The notes under the pieces: model-generated
The model's input: the letters and a program-made list of their open reading frames with translations, nothing else
The model's database searches: none
Told to the model about the DNA's origin: nothing
Shown here: positions 8,505 through 19,376 of the stretch, one piece after another
How the letters are laid out: each line of letters opens with the position of its first letter
Position numbering within the stretch: the first letter of the stretch is position 1
DNA from: Gemmatimonadota bacterium
GTDB taxonomy: Bacteria > Gemmatimonadota > Gemmatimonadetes > Longimicrobiales > Gaopeijiaceae
Direction of reading: 5' to 3'
Length of the DNA stretch: 64,000 nucleotides
Assembly: GCA_034521595.1 (NCBI GenBank)
Contig: JAXHMG010000003.1
Coordinates: 1,408,001-1,472,000, forward strand
Translations under genes and position numbers: made by a program

Positions 8505-8951
8505 CTACTTCAAGACGTACATCTTCCGCGTCGCGCTGCGGCCGTTGACCGTGAGCTGCATGAAGTAGATACCCGAAGCGACCTGCCGGCCGGAGAGGTC
8601 GTAGCCGTCCCAATATGCTTCGTAGTCGCCGGGCATCGTGTATTCGAGCTGACGGACTTCCTGTCCTTCTCCCGACGGATGCCCGAGCGCCACGGGGTGG
8701 GCGACGAGCTGTTGGAGCACGTTGAAGATCCTGATGGACACGACGACAGGACGCCCGTCGACGAACAACTCTTCCCCCAACGTGAAGGGAATGGTCGTCT
8801 CCGGGTTGAACGGGTTCGGATAGTTTTGTTCCAGTTGGAATCCGTTCGCCCGCTCGGGCGCCGCTTCCCTGGCTCTGTCCTGCGCCGCGAGAGCCTGGGG
8901 GCCGACGATCGAGAGAAGGAGGACGGACAAGACGCCGATGGTGCGTCTCAT
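8505..8951 (-). CDS. Secreted standalone FlgD-Ig/T9SS-CTD-like protein
   Basis: Signal peptide, then LEQNYPNPFNPETTIPF...WDGYDLSGRQVASGIYF...RKM. Confidence 0.8.
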   Translation of the reverse strand: MRRTIGVLSVLLLSIVGPQALAAQDRAREAAPERANGFQLEQNYPNPFNPETTIPFTLGEELFVDGRPVVVSIRIFNVLQQLVAHPVALGHPSGEGQEVRQLEYTMPGDYEAYWDGYDLSGRQVASGIYFMQLTVNGRSATRKMYVLK

Positions 8952-9043
8952 CAGGACCTCGGCACAACTGCTGTGCGGTAGCTAAGCGTCAATCGCGCTC
9001 CATTCGGTGAACCCTCGACGGCGTTACACGCCACCTCTCATCC

Positions 9044-9073
9044 ATAGTACGCTCCGGCAGGAGCGCGGGTCAA
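9044..9073 (-). promoter_or_regulatory. Sigma70-type promoter
   Basis: TTGACC-18 nt-TACTAT upstream of the 8505-8951 gene. Confidence 0.55.
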
Positions 9074-9157
9074 GCAACCTGCTTCCTCTTGAGACACCGA
9101 CGGGCCCTCGGAGGTTGCCCGGGTCCGTGCAAGGCCCGAGCGGCCCGCCCGAGGAGG

Positions 9158-11074
9158 TCAGTCCGAAGGCACGGACCGACCGTCCTCGCGCCGTAGCGTG
9201 ACCCCTCGCGTGTCGAGGTAGTTCAGAAGGGGGATGAGGTGTTTGCGCGTGACGTCGAGGGCATCCCTGAAGTCGGCGGGCCCCAACCCGACACGCCCCC
9301 CCAGCGACGCACGCACACGTTCCTCGGCCGCCCGAAGGTGATCCCGTCCCACATAGAGGTCGTCGGCGACCTGCTCGACCACCCCGCGCTCCTCGAGCCA
9401 GTAGAGGAGCGACCAGAGGTCCGGCCGGCCGGCGAGCGGCTCGGGTAGCTCGTCCACGAACGGGGGGGCCAATCCGCCGGCCAGGAGGACTTCCGTCAAC
9501 CGCTTCGACGCCTCCTCCTGATCCGTCGTGAGACGGGGCTCGTGCGCGGGATCGCGCACACCGCCGTCCTCCGAAACCAGCGCCTGATCCTGCACGAGCT
9601 CTCGTATGACGGCGTCCGCCAGGCCGGAGGGCGCCCACGAAGGGAGCGCCGAACGGACATGCGCCAGAGGAATGGCACGCCGCACGGGATCCCGGGCATG
9701 TTCGTTCGTCACCGCGTCGACCAGCAGGCCGCGCGCCCGCCCCCAGATCTCCGGGGCGAAGACCCGCTCTCCACTCCGCCTCACCTCGATGTCGGCGGCC
9801 ACCGGCTCGGCCAGGAGCCGCTCGGCGCCGGCCGCCGAAATCCCCGTGCGCACCGGCAGCGCAGCGATCTCGAGCCCCATCCACCCGCTCAGCTCGAGCA
9901 GCGCGACCAAGGTCTCGCCGTCACCCCCGTCCAGCACGCGGGCGAGTCGGGCACGGACGCTCTCGTCCAAACGGTTGCGCTTCGGTGGGTGCGTCTCGGC
10001 GACGATCCCCCCGGCGATGGTCGTCACGGGCGAATAGGACCGCAACACGAGCCGGTCTCTGCCGCGCACCACGAGCGGCTCCTCGAGTCGGAGCTGCACC
10101 CAACCCACGTCGCCGGACGCCAACATCTCGACTTCGTCGAGCAGCACGCACCGAGCCTGGACCTGGGCCGTGCCGTGGTGGACATGCACCCGCTGATTGT
10201 GCTGGATGCTCCAGTCCGAGTCCGAGAGCACCTGAATCCGTACGGTAAGCATGTGGCTGGTCGACCACGCCGGGGACGCGACCAACGTGGCCCCCCTGTC
10301 GACCACGTCACGGTCGGCGCCGCTCCCGGCGAGCGCCACGGCCGTTCGCTCCCCGGCCCGGGCCACGTCGGCGCCGCGCCCGTGGACCTGCAAGCTCCGC
10401 ACCCGGGCCTCGAGGTCCCGAGGCAGGATACGAACGCGGTCGCCGGTCCGCAGGGATCCGCTCCAGAGAGTGCCGGTGACCACGGTCCCCGTGCCCTGGA
10501 TCGTGAATACCCGATCGAGCGGCAGGCGCGCCAGGTCGACCTCGTCCCGCGCGGGAACCTTCGAGGCGGCTTCGGCCAACGCGTGCACGAGCTCTTCCAC
10601 TCCGGTTCCGTCCACCGCCGAGGTGGGCACCCGAGGCGCGTCCCCGTACGGTGTACCCGCGAGCAGATCGTCGACGTCGGCTTCGACCAGCTCCATCCAC
10701 TCCGCGTCGACCAGGTCCCGCTTGGTGTACGCCACGACCACTTCGGGCACGCCCAAGAGCCGCACGATCCCGAGGTGCTCTCGCGTCTGCGGCATCACGC
10801 CCTCGTCCGCGGCGACCACGAGCAGCACCACGTCCATCCCGGCCGCTCCCGCGAGCATCGAACGCACGAAAGCCTCGTGCCCCGGCACGTCGACCACCCC
10901 GAAGCGCGGGAGATCGTCGCGACTCAACTCCGCGAACCCCAGCTCGATCGTGATCCCGCGGGCTTGCTCCTCCTTCAGGCGATCGGTGTCGACACCGGTC
11001 AGCGCGCGCACGAGCGCGGTCTTCCCGTGATCGATGTGCCCGGCGGTTCCGAGGATGAACGGATGCGTGCTCAC
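9158..11074 (-). CDS. selB: Selenocysteine-specific elongation factor
   Basis: [27 protein letters not shown]-terminal winged helix [16 protein letters not shown] 11074 overlaps the recO stop. Confidence 0.95.
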   Translation of the reverse strand: MSTHPFILGTAGHIDHGKTALVRALTGVDTDRLKEEQARGITIELGFAELSRDDLPRFGVVDVPGHEAFVRSMLAGAAGMDVVLLVVAADEGVMPQTREHLGIVRLLGVPEVVVAYTKRDLVDAEWMELVEADVDDLLAGTPYGDAPRVPTSAVDGTGVEELVHALAEAASKVPARDEVDLARLPLDRVFTIQGTGTVVTGTLWSGSLRTGDRVRILPRDLEARVRSLQVHGRGADVARAGERTAVALAGSGADRDVVDRGATLVASPAWSTSHMLTVRIQVLSDSDWSIQHNQRVHVHHGTAQVQARCVLLDEVEMLASGDVGWVQLRLEEPLVVRGRDRLVLRSYSPVTTIAGGIVAETHPPKRNRLDESVRARLARVLDGGDGETLVALLELSGWMGLEIAALPVRTGISAAGAERLLAEPVAADIEVRRSGERVFAPEIWGRARGLLVDAVTNEHARDPVRRAIPLAHVRSALPSWAPSGLADAVIRELVQDQALVSEDGGVRDPAHEPRLTTDQEEASKRLTEVLLAGGLAPPFVDELPEPLAGRPDLWSLLYWLEERGVVEQVADDLYVGRDHLRAAEERVRASLGGRVGLGPADFRDALDVTRKHLIPLLNYLDTRGVTLRREDGRSVPSD

Positions 11075-11832
11075 GAAGGCTCGTCCGCGTCCGGAGGAAG
11101 TCGGTCCGCGAGGAACCGGAGGGCCTTCAGCGGCTTCTGTGCCACGTGGTGCGCTACGAAGTCCGAGATCAGCGCGAGATGGCGTCGCGGGTGCGTGAGC
11201 GCGCCCGGCGGGCTTCCCTCGAGAAGCGCCCGGACCTGGCCACGGGCGATAGGCCCGAGGCGCGGACCCGTGGGCCCATGCCCGCATGCCTCACAGCGCA
11301 GCCCCCCGGCTTCGAAGTCGAACCGACCGACCTCATCGTCGCCCAGGGACCGCCCGCAGTGCACGCACGCCGTCAGCTCCGGCTCGAAGCCGAACACGCT
11401 CGTCACCCGCCACAGCGCCGACAGAATCGCCGGCGGCAACTCGGAAGCCACCGCGGCGTCGAGGCGGTCGAGCTCCTCGTTCAACCGCTCGAAAAGCATC
11501 GGTTGCGGTTCCTGCTCGGCGTGCGAGAGCACCAACTCGACCAAGCAGGCCGCCCCGGCGAACCGCAGCACGTGGAGAGGAATCCGCGGTCTGGCTCGCT
11601 CGCTCGAGAAGTCCTTCATGGTGTGGAGGTCGCCGTACGGCTTCACATAGGCCACCAAGTCGCCCGAGGAGAAGCTGCTCACCGCGGACCCTCCCTTGCC
11701 ACTCCGGCCGCGCACGCCCCGGGCCACGACGCTCAAGAGCCCGTGGTCCAGCGTGTAGAACCGCAAGATGCGGCTGGTGTCCCCGTAGTCATAGCCCCGC
11801 AGGAGCACGGCTCGAGTGCTGACGGGCGCCAC
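11071..11832 (-). CDS. recO: DNA repair protein RecO
   Basis: YGDTSRILRFYT..HG..VARGVR, Zn motif CVHCG...CEAC; GTG start at 11832. Confidence 0.9.
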   Translation of the reverse strand: MAPVSTRAVLLRGYDYGDTSRILRFYTLDHGLLSVVARGVRGRSGKGGSAVSSFSSGDLVAYVKPYGDLHTMKDFSSERARPRIPLHVLRFAGAACLVELVLSHAEQEPQPMLFERLNEELDRLDAAVASELPPAILSALWRVTSVFGFEPELTACVHCGRSLGDDEVGRFDFEAGGLRCEACGHGPTGPRLGPIARGQVRALLEGSPPGALTHPRRHLALISDFVAHHVAQKPLKALRFLADRLPPDADEPS

Positions 11833-11833
11833 G

Positions 11834-13072
11834 TCAGGAAACCGCCTCCAGCTGTCGGAGTAGCTCGGCCCTTCGGGCCTCGTACGCGGCACGCTCCTCG
11901 TCGGTCGGCGAGGCGTTCGACTCGAAGGCTTCGTCGAGCCGGGCGATCTCCACGAGGACGGCCTGACGGTTGGCCCCGGCCGCCCCCACCGACCCGGCAG
12001 AGGGGCTCCCGCCCACGCCCGCGGCAGCGGGCGCCTGACGGCCCTTCAGCACGAAGAGCGCCGCGACCGCCAAAGCGAGTCCCACCAGGACCGTGACCCA
12101 CTCCATCGGAATCTCCCCTTCCTGCTCCGTCTCGATGACGGAGACCCGGCCCGGACCGACGTCGATCCCCGAGTACCGCCGGTACGTGGATCCCTGCTCC
12201 AGCTCGACCCGGCCCTGCAGCTCGAGCCCTTCCACGCCGACCCGGGGCGAAGGCTCCCGAACGAGGAGGTCGAACGCTTCGGTATTGCCCGGTGTGGGCA
12301 CGGGACCGAACGGGTCGTCGACGGCGTAGCGGAACACGAAAACACGCTCGCCCGGGGAGATCGCGGCCCGAACCGAGACGACGCCGTCCCGGAACAGCGT
12401 GCCGTCGATGGCGAACTCGCCCTGCCCCGAGCTGAAGTCCCGTGCGCCCTCGGGAAGCGGATAGCGCCACACCGCTCCCCCCTCCGGTGCGATGAGGGTC
12501 CGGTCCCCGTCGTTGCGGAGCTGGAAGATGTCGGTCACCCGCCACTCCTCACCGTTCGGCTCGAAGAAGATGTTGCGCGCCTGGAGGGGGATGTCGGCGC
12601 CTCCTTCCGCGACCATGGCGGTATCGTACGCCTGAATGCGGTAGATGGAGTCGAGCTGGGTGGTCGTCGCGAGCGCCGACCCGAAATAAAGGATCCCGGC
12701 GTGCCGTACCGAAGCGAAATAGAAGCGCTCCGCCGCGCGGTCCGGTGGCGAAGGAAGCCGGAACGAGAAGCTTCCCTCTTCTGAGACCCCGACGGAATCG
12801 ATCTCCCCTTGCTCGATGTCGGTGACCTGGTGCAGGACGACGGTCCCCGTGTCGAGAGGCGCGTCGCCGACCAACACTTCGCCGCGCAACAGAGGCTGCT
12901 CGGGTTCTTGCGCATGACCGTCGGACGCGCTTGCGAGGAAGGCGAGCGCCGCGGTCGCGACGAGGGCGTGGAGAGACCGGATCGAGCGCACGGCGGTGCT
13001 CCGATGGCGCCCCGAAAGGGCGGAAGTCGTGAGGGATGAAGAAGATCGGACGGGGCGTTCGGCCTGGGCCAT
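11834..13072 (-). CDS. Hypothetical exported protein with C-terminal TM anchor and short coiled coil
   Basis: Signal peptide, beta-rich body, TM segment, then EIARLDEAFE...YEARRAELL. Confidence 0.65.
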   Translation of the reverse strand: MAQAERPVRSSSSLTTSALSGRHRSTAVRSIRSLHALVATAALAFLASASDGHAQEPEQPLLRGEVLVGDAPLDTGTVVLHQVTDIEQGEIDSVGVSEEGSFSFRLPSPPDRAAERFYFASVRHAGILYFGSALATTTQLDSIYRIQAYDTAMVAEGGADIPLQARNIFFEPNGEEWRVTDIFQLRNDGDRTLIAPEGGAVWRYPLPEGARDFSSGQGEFAIDGTLFRDGVVSVRAAISPGERVFVFRYAVDDPFGPVPTPGNTEAFDLLVREPSPRVGVEGLELQGRVELEQGSTYRRYSGIDVGPGRVSVIETEQEGEIPMEWVTVLVGLALAVAALFVLKGRQAPAAAGVGGSPSAGSVGAAGANRQAVLVEIARLDEAFESNASPTDEERAAYEARRAELLRQLEAVS

Positions 13073-13612
13073 CTAAGGAGTGAAGCGGCCGAAATCCTCC
13101 GGATTCAGCTTCCGTAGATGTTCCTTGAGCTCGTCCGGCCCCATGGATTCGGGCTCCTCGACCACCGGCTCCTGGACCTCGAACGGAAGGTCCACGACCG
13201 ACTCCTCGTCGGCGACCTCGATGGACGCGTTCTCGAGCAGGTCGCCCTCGGCGAAGATCCGGGCATCGACCCGAAGCGCCACCGCGATCGAATCCGACGG
13301 ACGCGCATCCAGCGAGAAGACCTCGCCGTCGCGATGTACGATCAACTCGGCGTAGTAGGTGCTCTTCTCGACCCGCGTGATGATCACCTTCTCGAGTGTG
13401 CCCCCGAGGCCTCGCAACACCGAGCAGAGCAGGTCATGCGTCAGCGGCCGGGCAAACTCCATGTCCGCGAGCTGCATCGCGATCGCGCTCGCCTCACCCG
13501 GGCCGATCCAGATGGGGAGCACGCGCTCGCCCTCCGACTCCTCCAAGATCACTACGGGAGTGTTCGAGGAGCGGTCGAGCGCCAAACTCTGAACCTTGAC
13601 CTCTACCAACAC
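13073..13612 (-). CDS. Bifunctional nuclease family protein (DUF151)
   Basis: LPIWIG..EA, RPLTHDL, DARPSDSIAVALR. Confidence 0.9.
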   Translation of the reverse strand: MLVEVKVQSLALDRSSNTPVVILEESEGERVLPIWIGPGEASAIAMQLADMEFARPLTHDLLCSVLRGLGGTLEKVIITRVEKSTYYAELIVHRDGEVFSLDARPSDSIAVALRVDARIFAEGDLLENASIEVADEESVVDLPFEVQEPVVEEPESMGPDELKEHLRKLNPEDFGRFTP

Positions 13613-13744
13613 GACGCGGGAACCTCCGCACCGGAGTCATGGAATTCGGGGCCGTACGGCCCCACTCACCCCCCAATACTCCGAAGCACCGCCCGGGTTC
13701 TGTGACCCGGACGGTGCTTCGGATTCCCGCTCGCGCTCGACGGA

Positions 13745-14926
13745 TCAGCCGCCGACCGCGGTCTTCAGGTCGTCGACCCGGTTCGTCAGCTCCCAGGGGA
13801 AGAACTGAACCGGCTTGTCGCCACCGGCCGACGGAATCCTCTTTTCCGGCTTGCGCCCGAAGTGACCATACGCGGCCGAGGGCGTGAAGATCGCGTTCGT
13901 GAGACCGAGCGTCTCGATGATCTTGTTCGGCCGGAAGTCGAACACCTCGTCGACGGCTTCCGCGATCTTCTCCTCGGGAATCTCGCTGGTGCCGAAGGTC
14001 AGCACCCGAACCGAGACCGGCTCCGCCACGCCGATGGCATAGGCGAGCTGGATCTCGCAGCGCTGCGCCAGTCCGGCCGCGACCACGTTCTTCGCGGCCC
14101 ACCGCGCAGCGTACGCCGCCGAACGGTCGACCTTCGTCGCGTCCTTGCCGGAGAAGGCGCCACCACCGTGACGACCGACGCCACCATAGGTGTCGACGAT
14201 GATCTTGCGGCCCGTGAGCCCGGCGTCACCGTGAGGCCCACCGATCACGAAGCGGCCGGTGGGGTTGATGTGGAGGACACAGTCTTCGGGATCGAAGAGC
14301 TTCTTCGGCAGCACCGGCTTGATGACCTTCTCGAGGATCCCGTCCCGGATCGTGCGGTCACGCACGTCGGGGTCGTGCTGCGTGCTGACGACCACGGTGT
14401 GCACGCGCACCGGCTCGTCGCCGTCGAACTCCATCGTGACCTGCGACTTCCCGTCCGGGCGCACCCAGGGAAGCTCGCCTTCATGGCGCACCTCGGCGAG
14501 CCGCTGGGTGATGCGATGCGCGTAGTGGATGCTGGCCGGCATCAACTCGTCGGTCTCATCGCTCGCGTACCCGAACATCATCCCCTGGTCGCCCGCGCCG
14601 CCCGGATCCACGCCCTGAGCGATGTCGGGAGACTGCTGGTCGATGTTCGTCAGCACCGCACACGTCATCGCGTCGATGCCGTGCTCAGAGTTGGTGTAGC
14701 CGATGCGCTGCAGCGTGCCACGAATGACGTCGGGCAGGTGCACGTAGCAGTCGGTCGAGATCTCGCCCGCTACGAGGGCCATGCCGGTCGTGACCATCGT
14801 CTCGCACGCGACCCGCGAATTCGGGTCCTTGGCGAGGAGGTGGTCGAGGATTGCATCGGAGATTTGGTCGGAGATCTTGTCGGGGTGACCTTCGGTCACC
14901 GACTCGGACGTAAAGAGATTTTTCAC
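13745..14926 (-). CDS. metK: S-adenosylmethionine synthetase
   Basis: [28 protein letters not shown]. Confidence 0.98.
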   Translation of the reverse strand: MKNLFTSESVTEGHPDKISDQISDAILDHLLAKDPNSRVACETMVTTGMALVAGEISTDCYVHLPDVIRGTLQRIGYTNSEHGIDAMTCAVLTNIDQQSPDIAQGVDPGGAGDQGMMFGYASDETDELMPASIHYAHRITQRLAEVRHEGELPWVRPDGKSQVTMEFDGDEPVRVHTVVVSTQHDPDVRDRTIRDGILEKVIKPVLPKKLFDPEDCVLHINPTGRFVIGGPHGDAGLTGRKIIVDTYGGVGRHGGGAFSGKDATKVDRSAAYAARWAAKNVVAAGLAQRCEIQLAYAIGVAEPVSVRVLTFGTSEIPEEKIAEAVDEVFDFRPNKIIETLGLTNAIFTPSAAYGHFGRKPEKRIPSAGGDKPVQFFPWELTNRVDDLKTAVGG

Positions 14927-14988
14927 AGGGATATCTTCCTGGGAATCGGCTGAGGTTCTACGAATGACGAGTCTTGTACCCTATGCAA

Positions 14989-16767
14989 TCAGTCGGGTAC
15001 CGACAAGCTCCACCGTCCGGCGAAGACCTTCAGATCGACCGAATCGCCGATTCCGTCGACCAGGCAATCGGTCACGTCCTTACTGGTCGGAGCGGCCACA
15101 GCCTTACGTGCCGCGGTGCGCGCATCCTCGATCCGGATGTCGCGGACGAACTTCTTGATCTCCGGCAACGACGGCCACGCGATCGACAGAGTGGTGATGT
15201 CGAGACCGAGCAGGAGGAACGCTCCGAGCGGATTCGACGCCATCTCGCCACAGACGCTCACCTCGATCCCGGCGGCCCGGCTCACGCGGGCCACCTGATG
15301 GAGGAGACGCACCACCGAAGGGTGGAACGGGTTGTAGAGGTTGCCGACCCGCGTGTTGGTGCGATCCACGGCCAGCGTATACTGGACCAGATCGTTCGTG
15401 CCGATCGAAAAGAAGTCGCAGTGCCGGGCGAGCTCCACGGCGTCGAGCGCGGCCGCCGGCGTCTCGATCATCACGCCGAGCTTGTACCCCGAGTTGTACG
15501 GGATGCCCCGGTCGTCGAGCGCTTCTTCCTCCTCCTCGAGCAGGGCCCGTACCCTACTGACCTCTTCGACGGAGTTCACCAGGGGAAGCATCATGCGCAC
15601 GTCGCCGTGCGCCGTGGCCCGAAGCAGCGCGCGCAGTTGGGTGCGGAAGAGCTCCGGTTCGTCCAAGCTGACGCGGATCGCCCTCCACCCGAGGAACGGA
15701 TTCTCCTCCGCCGGCATGCTGAGAAACATCGGAAACTTGTCGCCGCCGACGTCGAAGGTGCGGATGTAGACGGCTCCCTTCGGGAAGGCTTCCGCCACTG
15801 CACGATACGCCTCGTACTGCTCCTCTTCCCCCGGCATGGCCCGTCGCCCGACGACCAGAAACTCCGTGCGGAAAAGGCCCACACCGACCGCGCCGTGTGC
15901 CGCGGCCTGGGCGGCTTCCGACGGCAGGTCGAGATTCGCCCGGAGCTCCACGTACTGCCCATCCTTCGTCACCGCCTCGAGAGACGCGATGACGGCCATT
16001 TCCTCTTCCCAGTCGGAGAGCTTTCGCTGACGGTCGCGGAACCGCGCGTGCTCCTCCGGCGTGGGATCGAGCACGACGCGCCCGATCCGGCCGTCGAGCA
16101 CCGCCGGCTGGCCGTCGCAGGCGTCCCTGGAGATCGTGCCCAGCCCCACCACGGAAGGGATGCCGAGCGACCGTGCCAGAATCACCCAGTGGGCGGTTCG
16201 CGTGCCGTGATCCGTGGCGATGCCCCGCACGTGCTCCGGATCGAGGTGCACCGCGACGCTCGGGGTGAGGTTGGACGCGACGACGATCACGCCGTCGCCT
16301 TCGGTGGGGATGTCCGACGGATCGTGGTGGCCGAGCAGCCGTCGCAGGACCCGAATCATGAGGTCCTCGAGGTCGTTCATCCGGTCGAGCACCATCGGGT
16401 TTCGGGTCCGGCTCCACATCGCCTGGAGCTCGAGCATTCGCCACTCGAACGCTCGCTGGGCCGTCAGGCGGTTCTCCCGGATGTAGCGGATGGTCCCGTC
16501 GACGACCTCGACATCCTCCAGCATGAGGATCTGCGGCTCGAAGATGCGGGCTTCGATCGGGCCCAGCCGCTCTTCCGTGGCCCGCTGCATCTCCTTGAGC
16601 CGCTCCATGGCCCACGTGCGCGCCTCGTGAAACCGCTCGATCTCGGCGGCGACACCCTCCTCGGGCACGGTTGCGTGCGGGACGACCGGAACACCCCAAT
16701 CGAGGAGGAAGACCGTTCCTTCCGCGATTCCCTCCGAGCCCGGAGAGCCGTCGAGCGTCTTCGACAT
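14989..16767 (-). CDS. ptsI: PTS enzyme I
   Basis: GTRTAH phospho-His, GLFRTEF, ENPFLGWR, FSIGTNDL, CGEMA. Confidence 0.95.
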   Translation of the reverse strand: MSKTLDGSPGSEGIAEGTVFLLDWGVPVVPHATVPEEGVAAEIERFHEARTWAMERLKEMQRATEERLGPIEARIFEPQILMLEDVEVVDGTIRYIRENRLTAQRAFEWRMLELQAMWSRTRNPMVLDRMNDLEDLMIRVLRRLLGHHDPSDIPTEGDGVIVVASNLTPSVAVHLDPEHVRGIATDHGTRTAHWVILARSLGIPSVVGLGTISRDACDGQPAVLDGRIGRVVLDPTPEEHARFRDRQRKLSDWEEEMAVIASLEAVTKDGQYVELRANLDLPSEAAQAAAHGAVGVGLFRTEFLVVGRRAMPGEEEQYEAYRAVAEAFPKGAVYIRTFDVGGDKFPMFLSMPAEENPFLGWRAIRVSLDEPELFRTQLRALLRATAHGDVRMMLPLVNSVEEVSRVRALLEEEEEALDDRGIPYNSGYKLGVMIETPAAALDAVELARHCDFFSIGTNDLVQYTLAVDRTNTRVGNLYNPFHPSVVRLLHQVARVSRAAGIEVSVCGEMASNPLGAFLLLGLDITTLSIAWPSLPEIKKFVRDIRIEDARTAARKAVAAPTSKDVTDCLVDGIGDSVDLKVFAGRWSLSVPD

Positions 16768-16771
16768 GCGT

Positions 16772-17059
16772 CTACGCCTCGACCTCGTCGAAGCCGCTGT
16801 TCACGAGCTCCTTCAGCGCTCGCACGGCATCCTCGGCATCCTCGCCCTGGGCCGACACCTTGAGCCGGCTCCCCTGCCCGGCAGCCAACATGAGCACGCC
16901 CATGATGCTCTTCCCGTTCACGGACAAATCCTCCTTCATCAACGTAATCTCGGAGCGGAAGCGACCGGCGACCTTCACGAACTCCGCGGCGGGACGCGCG
17001 TGCATCCCGGCCCGGTTCACGATCTCGACCTCGCACTCGACGCGATCAGGCTCGCTCAT
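16772..17059 (-). CDS. ptsH: Phosphocarrier HPr
   Basis: GMHARPAA (His15) and GKSIMGV (Ser46); ATG 17059. Confidence 0.95.
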   Translation of the reverse strand: MSEPDRVECEVEIVNRAGMHARPAAEFVKVAGRFRSEITLMKEDLSVNGKSIMGVLMLAAGQGSRLKVSAQGEDAEDAVRALKELVNSGFDEVEA

Positions 17060-17808
17060 CCCACGGTCCCCCATATTGCCAAGACGCCGATCACCACCAC
17101 GACCACGGTGGCCGCGGGCCGCCACACCTGGTGTCCCACCAGAAGACCCACGACGAATCCTAACGCCGCCAGGGCGGTCCAGAGTACGCCGGCGTCGCCC
17201 AGTCCCCCGCTCCCCCCGAGGAGCGCCCCACCGAGAACGCCCAACACCACCACCCCCCACGACCTCAGTCGCGCCGTCCATTCCGTCAGACGCATGCCGG
17301 CCAGTCGTACGGCCACGTTCCGGCCCGCGTCGAGCCCGATGTGGAATCCCCAGAGGCGGAGGCCCACGTGCCCCGTATTGTACATCACGACGAAGCAGAG
17401 TGCCGCCCAGGGGCCGGGCAGCCCCAGCCAGTAGAGGGCCACGGACGACATCGAGACCAGTGGAAGCCAGGTCGCCCACACCAACGCGTCGCCGAGGCTG
17501 CCGAGCGGGCCCCGGACGGCCGTCTTGAACCGGCGCACCGTCTCCGGCGTGTCTCCTTCGGCCTCGAGGCGAAGAGACGCGCCGAGCGCCACGCTGGCCA
17601 GGTACGGATGGGCGTTGAAGTGCTCGAGATGCCGCTCGACGGCTGCCTCCATCTCTTCCGGACGGTCCCGGAAGAGGCGACGCAACCCGGGGAGCATGGA
17701 GAACCCGAAGCCCGTGCCGATCATGGTCTGGTAGTTCCAGGATCCCTGGATCAGCAAAGACCGCAGGAAGGTGGCCACGAGGGCCCGAAGCCAGAGAAAC
17801 CCCTTCAC
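17056..17808 (-). CDS. PTS mannose-class IID subunit
   Basis: QGSWNYQTM..GF, HFNAHPYL, GPLGSLGDAL.W; GTG 17808. Confidence 0.9.
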   Translation of the reverse strand: MKGFLWLRALVATFLRSLLIQGSWNYQTMIGTGFGFSMLPGLRRLFRDRPEEMEAAVERHLEHFNAHPYLASVALGASLRLEAEGDTPETVRRFKTAVRGPLGSLGDALVWATWLPLVSMSSVALYWLGLPGPWAALCFVVMYNTGHVGLRLWGFHIGLDAGRNVAVRLAGMRLTEWTARLRSWGVVVLGVLGGALLGGSGGLGDAGVLWTALAALGFVVGLLVGHQVWRPAATVVVVVIGVLAIWGTVG

Positions 17809-18473
17809 AGGAACCTCGCTCCGACCAGGCCCAGCGCGATGCCGATCACGAAGCCGATGCGGTTCTTCCGGAAGCCGCCGAAGTCCCGGAGCAAGATCCC
17901 CAGCGAGACGGAAGCTCCCACCAGCACCAACCCGACCGAGCCGCGCATGTCGAGCGGCCAGGCCGGAGCGAACGCCGTCAACGCGGCGCGGCCGACCACC
18001 AGGCCCGTGCCCACGACCAATGCCGCTCGTGCGAAGTCGAGGGCGATGGCGCCCACCTGCAGCGCCGTCACGCGTGACGGTGACCGGCCACCGTGCCGAC
18101 CCTGCCGAGACACGATGTGGCCGTTCACCTGCCGGAGCCACGAAATGGAGAGGCCTCCGACGTGCCCCCAGGCGAGGCCCACGGCGATCGCGAGCGCGAG
18201 CGCACCGCCCCCCTCGGCGCCGAGCCCCGCGCTCGAGCCCACTGCCACCACCGTCGCGGTGGCGCCCTCCGGGAAGCGCGAGCCCCCCGTGGGAAACGAC
18301 ACCAGCAAGTACACCTCGAAAACCGCGCCGATCAGGCCGCCGAGCAGAGGGTCCCCGACCAAGGCCCCGGCAAGCACGCCGGCCACGAGCGGGCGTGAGA
18401 TCATGAACTGTCCGACGGACGTGCCGTCGAGACCCAACAGGCCCCCCAACGCGGTCAATCCGAGCATGCTCAT
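17805..18473 (-). CDS. PTS mannose-class IIC subunit
   Basis: LD....GQFMISRPLVAG...GD...G...GA.FE; hydrophobic. Confidence 0.85.
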   Translation of the reverse strand: MSMLGLTALGGLLGLDGTSVGQFMISRPLVAGVLAGALVGDPLLGGLIGAVFEVYLLVSFPTGGSRFPEGATATVVAVGSSAGLGAEGGGALALAIAVGLAWGHVGGLSISWLRQVNGHIVSRQGRHGGRSPSRVTALQVGAIALDFARAALVVGTGLVVGRAALTAFAPAWPLDMRGSVGLVLVGASVSLGILLRDFGGFRKNRIGFVIGIALGLVGARFL

Positions 18474-18482
18474 GCTCCCCCC

Positions 18483-18965
18483 TTACTTGAATCCCAGCTC
18501 CGCCGCCAAGTCGACCTTGGGCGCGTCGGGCAGGTCGCGCGCTTGCACGCGCACCCCCTCATCGACCAGACGCCGCACGTCTTCGGCTTCGGACGGTGTG
18601 AGGTGGATGTAGGTGAGGACCTTCTTTCTCCCCGGTCCGTGGTGGAGGCCACCGACGTTGACGGTCCGCCCCTTCAGGGCCGCCCCTTCGGCGAGCCGCC
18701 GCATGGTGGCCACGTCGCGGGTCAGAATGACCGTGCGGGACGCGTCGTCGCCGTACTCCGCGAGCGCGGCCGCCGCCTCCGACGCGGTGAGGAAGACCAC
18801 GTCCGTGCCGCCCGCGCCCAGCCGGTACAGACCCTGCTCCCACTCGCTCTCGGCAAGCGTGTCATCCACCACCACGTACCGATCCGGACGCAGCTCGTGG
18901 CCCCATCCGATGACCACCTGCCCATGGATGAGACGCTCGTCGACCCGCAAGAGGACGATGGACAC
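18483..18965 (-). CDS. PTS mannose-class IIB subunit
   Basis: RVDERLIHGQV, VNVGG. Confidence 0.9.
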   Translation of the reverse strand: MSIVLLRVDERLIHGQVVIGWGHELRPDRYVVVDDTLAESEWEQGLYRLGAGGTDVVFLTASEAAAALAEYGDDASRTVILTRDVATMRRLAEGAALKGRTVNVGGLHHGPGRKKVLTYIHLTPSEAEDVRRLVDEGVRVQARDLPDAPKVDLAAELGFK

Positions 18966-18968
18966 CGC

Positions 18969-19376
18969 TCACCCCGCGGGCGTGCGGTCGGCCGACACCG
19001 GCCGAATCGCGCTCCGGCCTCTATCGACGAGCCGCTGCTCGAGCTCCTCGAACGGAAGCCCTCGATTGAACACGAAATCGAGAAGCATGGGCAGGTTCAC
19101 CCCGGTCACCACGATGCGATCGGCGCATGCGCGGCACGACGCGAGCGCCGCCGTGCAGCAACTCCCGGCTTGCAAGTCCACGAACACGATCGCGGCACCC
19201 TCACCGGCAGCCTCCTCGATCCGGGCCTGAACGTCTTCGGGTGACAGGCCCTCATTGGAAAGGGGCACGAGCGCATCCGCCGCCGAGCCGGCGATATGCC
19301 GAACCGCGTCGACCAGTCCGACGGCCATGGTGCCGTGCGCGAGCACGACCCCGGTGCGCGCCACCGGGTCACTCAT
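18969..19376 (-). CDS. PTS mannose-class IIA subunit
   Basis: VVLAHG, FVDLQAGS, GVNLPMLL. Confidence 0.9.
   Translation of the reverse strand: MSDPVARTGVVLAHGTMAVGLVDAVRHIAGSAADALVPLSNEGLSPEDVQARIEEAAGEGAAIVFVDLQAGSCCTAALASCRACADRIVVTGVNLPMLLDFVFNRGLPFEELEQRLVDRGRSAIRPVSADRTPAG

Noticed and set aside
14927-14988. SAM riboswitch upstream of metK
   Set aside because: The spacer is only about 60 bp and shows no recognisable SAM riboswitch motif.
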